64,000 nucleotides of DNA from Camelus ferus (Eukaryota), in contig NC_045696.1 in NCBI RefSeq assembly GCF_009834535.1, positions 54,066,001-54,130,000 of the forward strand, written 5' to 3'. A program made the position numbers and the translations under genes. This document shows, in pieces, positions 37,246 to 51,614 of this stretch. Every line of letters starts with the position of its first letter. Position 1 is the first letter of the stretch. Below the pieces are notes generated by a model. It had not been told where the DNA came from and made no database searches. It saw only the letters and a list, made by a program, of their open reading frames with translations.

Positions 37246-38666
37246 CATCAGAGCCATGCAGCTAAACAAATCAGTCTTCCACTTCCACCCCCATCCTTGT
37301 TAATTTCATCAACTCTTAGAGCAGATTTCCACTCTACCATTTACACCATACGTGCTAGATCTAGAGAAGTGACCAAAAATCAAGTTCTAGATAGAAATGG
37401 CAAGCAGAGTTTTTTGAAAAAATCTTTTTTTCCTATTCTACTATTTATCCTTGAAATGAACAGAACCATCCTAGATCATCCCAAACTCCTATCCCAGAAA
37501 CAAATCTTACAATGACTTCATATTCAAAAAGTAGCAGAACATTGGGGTAAATTCTTACAGCATTTAATCTTTCAATTGTTGTTTATCTCCGGTCAAATAA
37601 TTACATTTATGCAAATTGTTGTGACCTATTGACTGACACTGCACTTAACATTTTGACTGCTTACAAAACAACTACATATATTAATGCTGATATAACAAAA
37701 AGTTAAAAATCAAGACAAGCTAGAAACTAAATCAGTATGAAAGCCACTTATGGGAAGAAAGATGCTGAAAGATAATATTAAGCTTTAAGTTTAAAGCAAT
37801 AACAAGGGTGGGAATAAAGGAAACCGATTAGGGGAGACTTGTTGAGCTGTAGTTGGGTGTCTGGCTTTCTCTCACACTTGCAGAGTGTTTCTTTCTTAAT
37901 TGATAGGAAAAGGTGCAAAATAAAACATACAGTGTAATAGGCAAATCTTCTGGATTAACTCAAAAGTAAAACAGATAACTATTTAGAGTTATAAGCAAAG
38001 CACAGGGACATCAAATAATGATGCTGCTAATAATAGTAACATTAACAATGGTTTGAGAATCTCTGAGATCTCAGTATGAAAGGGCTAGTGCAGACATCAT
38101 AGGAAAAGAGGCTTTTTGTATTTCCTAATATACTTATGGCAGTTTGACTACTGTTAACATTCAGACTTAGGGTGGGAAAGGGGTTACAGTAATGTTTTCA
38201 ATATTTACAGTCCTCAAAGGTCTTAATCTGACCCTGACCACAGAATCTACATAAATTTAGTAAACCCATTTGTTACCCTTTTAAAGCCTAGAAAAAGACT
38301 TTGCAACTTCATGATGTATATTAAAGGTCCCCATGATAGTGTTAGTTTAATCAGAATAAGGATGACATCCACATTATAATGACAAAGACACACCATGTAT
38401 GATATGAAGCTGCTTGTGTAGAATATGATTTGGTCTGCCTGAAATTGAGATCTTTGATATATCAAAGCAGTTCGTGAATTTCAAGTAGATTCACCATTTC
38501 AAACTAAAATATTCTTTCAAATGCCATGATATTAGAAAACTGTTAGTTTGTTTTTTTCTCAAAACGTAGATAATGCCGTCCTGGCTCTCTGCTATCATTT
38601 TTGACTTAGCACATCCCCAAACACTTTTTCTAATCCCTGGGGACCATCAGTCTGAGATTTGAACGT

Positions 38667-38685
38667 TGGCCCCTAGAGGGCAGCA
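38667..38685 (+). promoter_or_regulatory. CTCF motif
   Basis: TGGCCCCTAGAGGGCAGCA closely matches the CTCF core. Binding is not demonstrated. Confidence 0.6.
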
Positions 38686-40489
38686 GACGTTCAGGCCCCT
38701 CTTCAGCGCCATGTATTTAGGATGTGTAGATGACTACCTTCCACACATCCAGTCATTAGCATGTTTTCAACTATATGTCATCTCAATTATTGAAACATAT
38801 GTATACAACTCCCAATATCAAGAATAAAATTAATTCTTGCTCGGAGCAATCATAGAACAGAAAACAAGTCTTTCATGCAGAAGACACTTGCACTCTCTTA
38901 CAGCCTGCTCACTAGTCCAAAAGACTGGAGTTCCATCAGTTAATTTAGAGTTCTCACTGAATCTTCTTTCAAAATGGACTAGCTGAGGTTATTACAACTA
39001 GTTTTAATTTGAACTTCACACGCTGTCTGCTGGACTTGGTAGAGGCAACAGCATCTTGATTGATGGCACTTAGAGAGCTTCCGCTAATTAAGACGTGCTC
39101 ACGTGAACCCACCAAGTGGCTACACACCATGTAAGTTCTTCCTCATCTCACCTGTCTTTCTGTGCATCAGTGAAGGTGAATAGAAGAAGATGTCTGGCTG
39201 GCAACTTATTCTGGGACTGTTTTATGCTCCCCCTCCCAAAAAGAAACTAGAAATAGAAGAGGTATAATATTTAGGGGCTTTTCTCTGCTACAGTCTGCTT
39301 AGCTCTTTTTTCTATAGAAATGTGTAATAATTAAAGCTGCATTTAAGTTTTGAATTGATGACCTCTTTTTTCATAAGTATAACATAAACAAACCGCATCA
39401 TCTTTTTTAAGAGATCACTAATTCAACCACTGCTTAAATAATTATATCCATCACATTAAAAGAAAAAAAAAAGAATAGGCTTATACTCAATGGTATAACA
39501 CAATTTAAATATTTTCTCACTAAAACTTTAATTCTTATTGAATTCAGGAGACACCTGCATGACACACATATACACAAGTGGTTTGACATCTACCACTGAG
39601 TTACTGAAATATCCATTTCAAAACCCATCTCACCACAATCAATCAAGTCATTCAACAGTGTCCAGAGAAAAATAAATACCTCTAACTGTCTATTCAAGTA
39701 CTCTTAAAGCTTGAAGAGGCTTAGATAGGATTATCATCAAAGAATGAAACAATATATTAACATTTTAAGAATTGCATTACAGAAGAATAATCCTTCCACT
39801 TAGAAAACAAATTACATGAATATATATTCACTGCAGTTATGTATAGACCCACGTGTACACACACACCACAGTTCATCCAGGGAACATACATAACTATAGG
39901 AGAATGTCCTAAAGGAATGGTTTGGAATGTATGAGCCATAATCATTCATCCTCTATAGGCAGCTGGACTTCCAGACTTGGGGTAAGTAGGTTAGTGATGG
40001 TGCGTGTGGCAGGACATGAGAGATGAGGGATAAAGGAAGCCAACAGCAGTTTCTAGTACTCCTCCAACTCTCAAACTCATGCACTCCTGCTGGTGGGCAG
40101 AGGAGAGTAATCAGTAGCCAACAAAAATGATGACATCTTCAGGGGAGGTACTACCTTATGACACCTGGTCTTACTTTAAACCTGCATTTGCATAACACGA
40201 ATGAGAGAAACCTAATGGATTTACAGGATGCTTTCCACACTGGCACACTTTGAGGCTGAAACTAAGAAGATAAGCATCAGCCTTGAAGGCAATTACTTTA
40301 GACAATTCTGAGAATCTGAGAAGATGCTCTGAACACACAGTGGTGACAATGGAGCCGTGAATAAGAAACAATCACCTTAATTTCTAGGCCTCCATCTTGC
40401 CTTGACTACGTTTTTCTCTTTACTGTGTTAGTGGTTCTGTTCTATATTGCCTGCCCTAAAAGCAAGAGATCTCTTGTCAGAGGCTTATC

Positions 40490-42215
40490 CCATTTAAGAG
40501 AATGTCTCCTCTACCCATTCGAAGCTGAATTCATGGTCCTGATTTCCAAATTTGGGTCTCCCCAAATATTCTCTGTCTCAGGGAAAGGACGCACCAAACA
40601 TCCAATTTAACCTACAAATCTGGGAGTCAACCTTGCCATTTCCCTTTTCCTAAGCTCCAATAACCAGGTCATCCAAAATCTGGCCAGTTTTACTTATAAA
40701 TCAATCTCTTAAATCACATTTACATGTACTTCCACGTTACCACTATTTCAAACTCCTTCAAATGCCTGCCTCATTATTGCAATGGCCCTGTGTTCCTTGT
40801 TCACTCTTGCCATCTCCAATCTGCTTTTGAATTGCACCCAGAGTAGGTAATTTAAAACACGTTAAGCCTGTCATTGCTGAGAGGTAAGGGTTAACTTATC
40901 CAAGAGGTCCCTGGGTCTTCTGTAAAGATTCATGGCAACTGAGGAAGGATCTGAGCTTAAGATAATCACTCCTGGCCACTCACTAGCCTAGAACTCAAGG
41001 CCCCTCTCATGCCAAAGGAGAGGCCAGCACTTCCCCAGACAGGGACACTGATGTGGGGGATTTTCTCACTTGCTTGCTACGTCATATACCTGCAAACGTT
41101 AGTGCCTTGATGAAATCACAGGAGGCGCTGGCTCTACCCACAACCGTAAATGCTGAATAGAGCTGGGGCCATGTTTCTGCCACACCTAAATATTGCTACT
41201 GTTTTTATGCTCTTGGTCACAGTGCCTCCCTAATCATGCAGCTGCAAAACTGCACAGATCAAGGGTAGGGTTCCTCCTAAAGTCTGGCATCTGGGCTTCG
41301 TAGACCTCTGTGGTATATTCCAGCATGCAAATGGACCCACCACTGAGCCTGTCTCCATGAGATAAGCTGGGTGTTAAACTTTAACCCCCAAAATGCTGTT
41401 CTAGCAGGTTTAGTGTCCTTGTTTACCTGACAGCTGCCAAGCTTAAAACCCTTCAGGGGCACCAACATCATTCTTAAGATAAATACCAAAGTATTGACTA
41501 TGGGATGCAATGCCCAGCATGGCCTGGCTCCTGCCTCCTCTCCCAGATTCGCTTTGCACCTCTTGTCCACTCTGTTTCAACTAACTTGCCTTCTTTTATT
41601 TTTCACAAGTGAAACATTTCTTTCTGCCTCAGGGCCTTCAAACTGTTTTTCTCTCTGCTGCAACATTCTCTTCCATTCGACTTCTGAGATCAGAAGTCAC
41701 TTCTCCAGGGAGGTGCTCCCTGATCTTCCAGACTAGCATGGCTGCCCTTTCATACACCTTGTCGTGGTTAGCGAAAAGACCAAAACAAACAAAAAACAGG
41801 TGACCTTAAAAGCTTTTCTTTTCTTTGTAGCTGTTATTTCTGATTTGAAGTTGAAATCTAACAGGAAAGGTTTATGCTATTAATCAACAGTTGCAGAAAA
41901 CTTTGTTTATAGCAATAAACAGGTTTTCAACATGCATGCTTCCTCTAAAAAGATCATTTTGTTTTCCTTAATTGGGTGCTTGCTCCTCTCACTGGAATGC
42001 CATGCCGTCTTCCCACTGCATTTGATATGTGCCCCCCACAACACTTAGCGTAGGTGCAATTATGTGCTTAAGAGTGAGATGGTTTGTTTTTTTCCTAGCA
42101 CTCACTAGACTGTATTTTCTGCATATGGGATGGAACTCTGTCTGGCTTCTCACTGCCTAGAACAAAGTCCAGCACATAATAGGCACAAATAGTTATTTGC
42201 GGAGTGAATAAATAA
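40490..42215 (+). mobile_element. Fragmented L2 (40490-40868, 41433-41760, 42090-42215)
   Basis: ctgggagtcaaccttg...gcacccagagt; gcttaaaacccttca...cctcagggccttc...gtcacttctccagggagg; cactagactgta...cagcacataataggcacaaatagttatttgcggagtgaataaataaa. Confidence 0.75.
40869..41432. mobile_element. Probable solo LTR inserted into L2 (family not identified)
   Basis: 564-bp block with TGTCA...TGACA termini that interrupts otherwise collinear L2 sequence. Confidence 0.5.
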
Positions 42216-44739
42216 ACTTTTAAATGAGTGTCACTTTTAATCGAAAAAGAATAAGGAAAAAAAGCATTGATTTTTTTAAAACACATAATTGTAGAATGTT
42301 TGAAAAAAAAAAGAATATTCACAATCCCATCAGTCAAATATATTTCACTTTTTTGTTTACATTGAACAAAACCCAATGCCTTCATCACAAAAACCTGTGT
42401 TACTTCTTCACTCACTCAAAAAAGGAGAAAGAAAAATGGAAGGACTGAGAGAATAGGAGTGGGGACCCAGCTGATCAACATAGGAGAGAAGGGGCTGCAG
42501 GTTGAATAGAATGGGTAGAAGCTACTTTCCTTTCTTGGTCTTTACGAGGGAAAAGAGAAGGCTGAGACATTACATGAATTAATTGCTTTCCTGTTTTAAG
42601 GAATATATTAGAGAGAGTCTCATTTACCAAATGTCTTAGGAAACAGGCAAGAGAACCAGATGAGAATTATTAGATCAAATAGTGGTTAATGTACAAGATG
42701 TTCTACACATAACAGATAAACAAGACGTAGAAAAATCACCAGGACCAGATGGCAGTTCTTATGTCCTTTCATATGTAGGACTTTCTTCTCCAAAACGGAG
42801 ATGACGCACAAACATGTGTCTGGGTTTAGACTCACTGCAAGAAGCTGGGGGAAGAAGACAGTCCGTTTCTAACAGTGCCATCTTCCACCAATGTTGCATT
42901 CAGAAATAAAGAACCAAGTGAAGTGTCACCCCTATCAAAATCTTCTGTAGCTTTCATAAACACAAAATTCAGTCTGAGAACAGAACAAAACATTTCTGCC
43001 CAGAACTTCTGCCTAATCATATACTACTCTCAATAAAGTGAATATTTTGCGAGGAGTCTGCAATTAGATACAGCGACACTCTACAATACAAACACATAAA
43101 GTGGGTTTGCATTGTTTATCTTTTAACATGAGATTATTCAATACTGGTTCTGATATTTCCAGCCAGAAGGGACCTAGACAGCTGGTTGAGTGAGTCATTC
43201 CACATATTCTGAGAGACAGACATGAGATTCATTTGCTTTTTGCTTATGGGGATGTATTAATGAATCTTCAATCTTGCTCTCACTGTCCCCTATGGCCATG
43301 ATGCATCTGTAGAGAAAGCAGGTTTACACAGCAGAAAGGCTTCTGTCAATAGTATTAAACCTGCTGTTATTTATCTTCCTAGCCTTGGAACATGGAAAAG
43401 AGGGACAAGGAAGAAAAAAACCCTAAATAATGTTACATTTGTTTAACAATACAATATAGGATTCTCTTTTAGTTTAGCTCTTTTTTTTTTTCCCCTTGTG
43501 GTTGTTATTCACAATTGTGAAGCTGAATCCTAATGGGGAAACCCATGTTATTAGCCAACTGTTCTGGAAAGACGTGTTTTTGGTAACTGAAGTAATTTAG
43601 ACATACATATTCACTCATAAGAATAGCCAGTCTTTGTTTTGCTTAAATTTAATTATTTCTTCTCTTAAAAGATTTTATGCTACGCTACCTTCTCTGTTTG
43701 GTAGGGGCTGGCTATTCTGATTCATCTCTTACTGAGACTATTCTTTAAAACAGTACCGGACAACAGACACACTGATCAAAACAAACGAACACACGACTGG
43801 GGAAGTAAATGAAGCAGGGCTTGCAAAGCAGATCATACTATTCCTGATGCCTAAGAAGAAACAGCCGCTGTTTCTGTTTGGCCTGTGACTGATTTCATGT
43901 TTTACCAGGGTTCACGAGGTGGAAAAGGGAGATTAAGATGAACACACGAGGGAGACAAGCAGGAAGAGTAGGGTGATCCTGGGTTGCTGGAAAACTCAAT
44001 GACAGGAAGAAGCAGAAGACAGTGGGGGAAGCTCTTACACTGTCTTTTACTGCACTGCTCTGGAGTTGTGCAGTGCAGAAACTCTAGATAAGAGGCTTCC
44101 TGAGTATGGTCTTCATCATTCCACTTATCCAGAAGCAAGGAGAACACACAGATGTGGTCAGGGGTGCTGGACTGTTGTCCTTTTTTTCCCCTTTTGTCTC
44201 TGACTTGAGGAGACAATGTGCTGAACTAGGAGTACATGTATCATGTGACGTAAGGAAATCAGAAGAAAACCCAAGCTAGAGAACAGTCAAGCTCCACCCT
44301 ATCCAGAAAACTCTTGGAACATGCCCACCCAACATTATGAACACTGTCCTTGGGAAAGGCATCCATTCTAACTGTATCAAAAGATGTGATGGTGTTAGAG
44401 CACCTCCCTCTGAGGATTTGAAAGCTCAGCTGGGCTGCCTAATGATTCCTGAAGGGGGTGGGCCGCAAAAGAAAGAACATTCTAGTATAGGGATGGGAGA
44501 CAAATAGTAGAAAGATGTGGAAAACTAAATTTACCCACTGTACACTCTGTCTGTGGCCAGTCCTCCGAAGGCACAATGATCAGGCCACATTCATCCAGTT
44601 TTATTTCTGCAAATTCCATTCTGTCTCTTCCTTTTCATTCCTGTGGCAACTGCAGACTTTTTCCCTGTCTTTCTTGGAGAGCAAAATCTCTCACTTTTCA
44701 TTTCTCTAATCCTCTTCCATAGAGAAATTTTTAAAATTT

Positions 44740-45320
44740 CCCAAAATGTAGATTAGATAGTTGCTACCATCATCAAATATCCTCTATGCCTCATAGAAAC
44801 AAGTGCAAACATTCTACTAAATTTCAATCAAGACTTCCATGACCTGGTCTCTAGCTTGCCTTCCCCACAAGTTGCCATCAGTGCCAGGCTTCAAGTCCAC
44901 TGGGTCATTTGCCATTCTCCAAATATGTGCTCTACAGACTGAGGACACTGTGCCACAATCATGTCAATCCTTCATTTTGGAATTCCCTTTTCCTTATATC
45001 AAATAGTCCAACACATCCCTCTACGCCTCTCATACCTCTGAAGCCTCCCTGATCCAACAGCTGGAATTGCATGCTTTCTGCCTGTATCTTTAGCACACCA
45101 TCACCCATCACTTACATCAGGGTTGCAGCACATTTCTATTCATTCTTCATTCTTTCCTGTGTTATTGTTTGTTACTGTTGTTTGTTATTGTTTGTGAATC
45201 TAGGTAACTAATTTCAAGTTCCTTGGAATAGGGTTCTTATCTTATTCTTCTCAGAATATCTCAGTGTTTTCCATCTCATATTCACATTGAATAGTAGTTG
45301 AATAGCCACTGAATGACCAG
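44740..45320 (+). mobile_element. L2 3' region, diverged
   Basis: tcaagacttccatgacctgg...ctctgaagcctccctgatcc...aagttccttggaatagggt...ctgaatga. Confidence 0.6.
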
Positions 45321-45599
45321 CTAACTAATTAGCAAAAGTAACCATATGTGAAAGTCATTACACAAAACTGATTGTCATGGAACATAAGAATGATACATAT
45401 TTATGGAGGCAAAATTCCTTCCAAACTGAGATTGTATTCATGTATATGGGGTAAACAATCTAAATTAGATAAAAGTCTTCCTAAGGTGGACACTAAGGCT
45501 TTTAATAAAGATGAGAAAAATACTACAGCTGCAGGAGGCTATTCCAGTACCCATGTTATCATAGCGCATGACCAATCTCTTAAGTATAAAGGTATAGAA

Positions 45600-45795
45600 A
45601 AAGCAGAGGTTAAGAACAAGGACTTTGAAGACTGATCTGAGTTTAAATCCTAGGGTCATCCCTTACTAGCTTTATGACCTTGGGCAAATTTCTCAATCTT
45701 TCTAATCTCTGGGGATAATAACACATACTTCAAGGAATTATTCTAAAATAATGTGTAAGAAAAGTGCTTTGCACAGAATAATAGTTGCTATTTAT
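45600..45795 (+). mobile_element. MIR SINE
   Basis: ggttaagaacaaggactttgaag...ctgagtttaaatcctag...cttactagctttatgaccttgggcaaatt. Confidence 0.85.
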
Positions 45796-47129
45796 TGAAT
45801 AGTTTTTCTTTGTCTAAGAATGATCATGCTAACCTAAGTAAACCCCTGAGACCTTTAAAATTTGAATATGTCTTTATTACAAAAGTATAATGACTTGAAG
45901 CATATGATTTTAGCTCATCGGGGGCTGGTTTGACCGAAACATTTTAAAATAAAGTGAATTCATCAACTCTACATGCCAAGCTAGAATAGAAATACTAGTG
46001 CATTAGAAACAATAAATTCAAATCTGAACAGCCAAGAGACAAAGAGAAGAAATAAATGAAAACACACACAACTGTTAAAAATATACTTTTGAAATAAAAT
46101 CACTTTTCTCTTTCTCATTCAGCTTGTTGGTCTTATAGAATTATTTAACATGCTTATCCAGGGTGCTTTTGTTGCCTTTTTTTGTTTGTTTCTTTCTTTC
46201 TTCTGAGGTTAAGAGTCACAGATAGAAGCAGTTCCATTGTACATTACTAATGGGAGAGGAATGTTAGTTACTCATCTTTTGTGCATTTGGTGACAAAATC
46301 CAGCAATGAGTAGAGAGGACAACACCTTTCCCACGGAAAAATTTTCCAAGACACCATCAAAAATAACAACAACCTCAGTGGTGGCAGGTATTAGACAGCT
46401 GTCAGTCCACTGACTGCCCTTTCCCAGAGGTAGATGACTAAGATACCTGTTTATAACTAGTGAAGTAAATGCGTAAGTATTCAAAATTTACTTCTTTGGG
46501 TTAGTTTGTTTTTCTTTTGATATATAGAAAAACAAAGAAATTAAGCATAAGAAGGACATTTCTTAGAATTGTTTCAGTGAAGGTGTCAGTGTAATATGGT
46601 GTCTCTCAGACAGCTGTAATACCCAGAAAAGTGATACTGGAGTTGGATTAAAAACAATCAGCGGTCTCCTATTTTGCAGAAATAGAAAGGTAATTTAACT
46701 TGCCAGTCATGGCAAAGAATTGTGCTGATTGGGTCTGTGAGAGCAACCCCTCCCCCAAATTCCATACCAATAAATACTGCTGGAGTACCTAGTCTGTGTT
46801 CAGAACTGCGAGTACAAAAGGGAGTAAGAAAGACATTCTTCCTGCCTAAACCCTACAATCTATTAGAAACACAACCTTGAGTTAACAAGCACTTCCATTT
46901 CACAAGAGTTACCTTTAATACTCATAATGCTTTAAACAGAAAACTTCCTCTCCACAAATAAGAGGTGCACCTTTGATGCATAAATTCATTTTATATTTTT
47001 TGATGACGAGGAAACTTAATTACACTATAAAAGAAAGGGATTGTAAACATGTGACTTCGGTAATTAGGGCTCAAATATAATGAGCCATTTAGAAATAATG
47101 CTGCCTTACATTTTCAATGACACTTAATA

Positions 47130-47330
47130 GTTTACTCATTTACATAATGTTTCACATTCACTTTTTCTATTTAATCATCCTAACTTCTCTGTGAAGCAAA
47201 TATTTTTACCCCTACGTTCTGAACTGGGCAGGCTGCTGCTTAGAGAAGCCATATTATTTGCCCAACAAATCACACGTAGAACAATTAGTTAAACAGAAGA
47301 GCCAGGATGAGAATCTGGCCCAGTTCCTGT
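47130..47330 (-). mobile_element. MIR SINE
   Basis: atttaatcatcctaac...ctgtgaag...tttgcccaacaaatcacac...agaagagccaggatgagaa. Confidence 0.6.
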
Positions 47331-48014
47331 CATGTCAGTGGGTTCCAGGGATCTCTGTGCACAGGAAGGGGACCCCAGATCTTAGAGTCCTGCCCCACGA
47401 CTTCATCTACTGCTTCTGGTGTTACATCTTGAAACCCAAAATCAAAATAAAAGTTTCACCTAGTAGGGGCAGAGTATTCAAACAGATTAGTATCTATAAC
47501 ATTTCATATACTCTTTCTATCACTACTTCAAGAAAACAGAATTTACACCGACAATTACAAGCAAACTGAGTATGTTAATATTTATTTTATTTCAAATGCC
47601 TTTTAGTATTTTGCAGTATCTCAAAGTGATGTTAACAGAGCAACAAAGAAGTTGAACCCATTTTCTGCCATAGCCTGAAAACTGCTTTTAATATGGTCGA
47701 TATTAGTATGTTTATTCAGCACTTGTTTCTTCTCCATGTAGTTCAAAATATGCAACTAAGAAGTTTCTGCCACCATGCCAGTTAATAGAAATGTCGGGTT
47801 CACAGAACGCTAAGGAAGCCATGTTCTGCCTTCTTTGATTCACACCATTTTTAGAAATGGTAGAGGCAAATGATTACTTAAGCAAACTCCCTGGCAACAC
47901 TACATTCAAGTTCTTCCTGTGATGTGACCTCATTTTTTTCCTTAGCTAGAATGTAAGAACAGAAAAGAAATTTAGAGCCCGTGCATTCTACCTACTTCTT
48001 TTTATACTTGAGGC

Positions 48015-48060
48015 ATATTTAAAGAGGAGGAACAACTATATTTAAAGAGGAGGAACAACT
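48015..48060. repeat. Perfect 23-bp tandem duplication
   Basis: atatttaaagaggaggaacaact twice (48015-48037 and 48038-48060). Confidence 0.95.
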
Positions 48061-51000
48061 TATTAGAGACCTAGTAACAAGTTCTCTCTAAACGTTTTTG
48101 ACTTATTTGGAGGTTGGGATGACCTCGACTTCCCTCCCAGCTGTGTATGCGAACTTCATATCAAAATGGTGGAAGGCAACTGTGGTAGAGTGGTGGAGGT
48201 CAGCAGTGATGTTTTTCAAATAGAGGGGTTAGGGAAGTTTCCTCTGAAAAGGTGACATTCTCAAATTAAATGCAATACTTCTCACTTGGCGATGATTTGA
48301 TCTTATTAGCGTGTCCACTTTCAATGTTAAATTTCAATGGGCCAATTCAGAGTCTATACAGAAGCCCAAACAACACAACATGTAGAATCAGTTGCCTTTT
48401 AAATGATTTAGGTCCTGTCTTGTATAAAGGAAAGACAACTTTCAATCATGAAGTGACTGGTTTCAGTATATTATCATGGCCATTTGATTTCCTTGCTCAT
48501 GTCTCTAATTTTTGATTCAAATATATTTTGCTGCTTATTACAATCTTTGCATGGTTGAATAGAAGAGTTAAAAAAAGTAATCCAAATTAATTTCTTTCTT
48601 CTGGTAAAGAAAAAATTTGTTTTTGGTTGAAAAGGGCAGTATACTGTTGGCCATATAATGATTTTCTTTTACTTTCTGTAAATTAAATTGACTCAAGCTC
48701 TCTCCATTCACTGTGGCAATATGGAAATAAAATTGTTTTAAGGAGAAAAAACCAACTTTGTATTGAATCCTTTCTATGCGACTAAGGGAAAGGAAGTGCA
48801 TACCTACAGCAATTGTCAGTACGGATGCAGAAATAGAATATGATGCTGTAAGCTGAGGACGCAGTGCCCAGGAATCAGGTCTCTGTATACTTCAAGACAT
48901 AACTAACCTGAGGTGACTTGGTTCAGTTAAATCACACATGGACCAATAAGCTTGTCTTTACACATCATCATTTACTGTTTGAGAATCAACACACATCGAG
49001 GTAACAGTTAAATTCTTAAATAGCCTCGTTTTTTAATATGTAAAAATTTACAGAATTTTTTCTTAATTGAAGACAAAGGAAGTGTTATTTCAAATTAATA
49101 TTGTAATAGAATTGTAGTTAGGGAAATTATTATGCACACATAGTCATGGAGCATTTTGATCAAAGCTTTAAATTTAACTTGCTTCTCTGCAGCATCTTTC
49201 AAATATTGTTTTCCAGTGAAAGAGACAGAGTGAGATAAAGCTCTTATGAGATCGAGTCCTGAAACTCACACAAGCATCAAGGCAAAGTGGAGCCAGGCTG
49301 CTGAGCTCTGAGTTACGATCAACAATGTTGTCATTCAAAGTGGCAAAATGTAGAAAAAAAAATTACTTATGCATTATTATAGGGGAAGGATAGGTGAAGA
49401 TGGATACAGGAACCAGGCAAATAGTGACAAGACTAACAATTCATATATTCATAATCTGTAATCTGTGAATAAACCAAATCCATCCCAAATCCAATTATCT
49501 TAATCGGAAAAATAGACCTGAAAAGGTATAAAAACAAACTGGGAGTCGTGACTGAATGCTACACTTACACATGTTATTTTATGCTACTTATATTAGATGA
49601 CATTATAGATATTATTTTACAGAATTGTATGCAAGTTGTCATTTTTCTTTACTAGGAAGATCTAAATATATACTAATTAACTATATTATTAAATATTATA
49701 TTGAGTATATATTAATTATTACTATATAATAAATAATGATAACAGTATTATTGGTACAATTAAGGGATGGATCTAGGCATCACCCCATCATGAAGTACCT
49801 ATGAGAGCCAGCACCGCTGTGGCAGAGTGTGGGAGTGGTAAACAGAGCAGTGATAAAGCTTCGTGCCCTTGTGAAGCTTGCATTCTATTAAGAAACAATT
49901 ATAATGCAAAGGGAGAAAAAGATAATTTCAAATTGTTTTCAGTATTATCAAAGAAACAAAATAGGGCAGATAAAATAGTGAGTAACTGAGAGTACAGGTC
50001 CTGAAGAGAGGGTTCACTCTATGTTATGATAATGAATGATCTGTGTAGGACTAATTAGGAAATAAAAATGAAACCACAAATCAAGCATCACCTCTGCATA
50101 TGTAGCCAAGAATTCAGAGACACAGGATAAGGAATAAATATCATGAACAAAATATTGAGCTTAGGAGGCAGATGGAAAGCACATAAAAATTCTAATATTG
50201 GAAAGAAGGAAAGCTTGCCCTCTTTTCACTGCACTCCAGAGTTTAGATGTGCTCAGAATTAAAGTGGACACTATCGCTGAAATGCGAGAAGAACCCACAC
50301 AAGCCCTAATGGATCCTTACGTATTCTGGGTAGACTCCCCAACTTTTGTTAGCACTTCTCTTTATCTTTTACACAAACCCTTGGTTTATTTACTTTCTCG
50401 ACACAATTTTATTTGCCGTTTTATGGAGTACAGCCTTCTCTCAAACATGGGTTTTCATTTCTCCATTTTTAAGCAAATGCTACACCTCACCAATTTTGGC
50501 CAAAGTAAGGCATGGGAGGGAAAAGATAAGTGGATGAATAAAATAATAATTGTGATTTTCCTAAAGATATCTTCTGTCCCGTTCTGATGGTTAAAATGAG
50601 TTAGGATAGAGTAAATGTAGAAGGGATAGGGTGGATGGAACAAAAGCTATTGACAACGGAGCCCAGTTTCCACTCTCCCTTCAAAACAAACGTGAGCATG
50701 AAGCCAGTCAGTAATCAAGAAAGGTCACAGTGCTTTGCTTTACCACGGGTGGGTGTAAAGAATTCAAAGATAGGATCAGAATTGCCTACCTTTATTCACT
50801 GTCAGGATTTTTCAGGGATCTCTGCCTCCCAGATTTCTGACTCTTTTACAATTTCATCTTTTTGTCTCCTGGGTCAGATATTGTCTAGAAGCAAGAATAA
50901 CTCATAAGATTAATTGTTTAGTCCTGTTTGGTAATATTCTTTTCTCAAGTGCAGAAGTAATGTTGCTATTTTTCATAAGGATTAATATTAATAATCTAGC

Positions 51001-51614
51001 ATGGCACGGAGGATGTGTTTCTAATGCCAACCTCTGCTAAATTAAAAACAAGAGTCTAGCTTTTCTGTGTCAGTAAAAAGATAAGAACTCAGTTCTTCAA
51101 CTCTACAACTGATGGCAGTGACACCAAGGAAATGCTGGGAACAAGGAGTGACAGTTGACTCAACTGAAGTTGAACTGAAGGAAAAGAGTCCGAAGGTAAG
51201 AAAACAAGACCTTAATTGAAGGATAAAGGTGAAGCAAGAAAGCAAATGGGTTTTGTTTAGTTAAGAAGATTAATGAGATAAAGTCGGGAAGATGCTATGG
51301 TTTTATTATGTACATTAAGTAGTTCCTGTGTTAGGGATCAAAAAAGCAGTATAACAGGACAAGCAAATGAGGCTGGCAGGCAGTTCTCAGGAGGAAAATG
51401 TGAGCTGTGTGTAATGCAATGATGAGGAAGGAATAATAATAAAATAAAAAGTACATTGAGTTTCCCAATATTGAATTAAGTTCACCAGGTGGAGTTTGTA
51501 CTGGCCTGTTATTTACCAGTATCTGTTAAACGGCATTCCAGACAAGGCCCACAATTCTTTCCATAGCATTTTCCTGGTGAGAAAAGAAGTTTGGGCCACC
51601 TAAAAGCTATACTT

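Noticed and set aside
38701..38720. TTCAGCGCCATG as a REST/RE1 site
   Set aside because: Only the left half matches; the GGACAG right half is absent.
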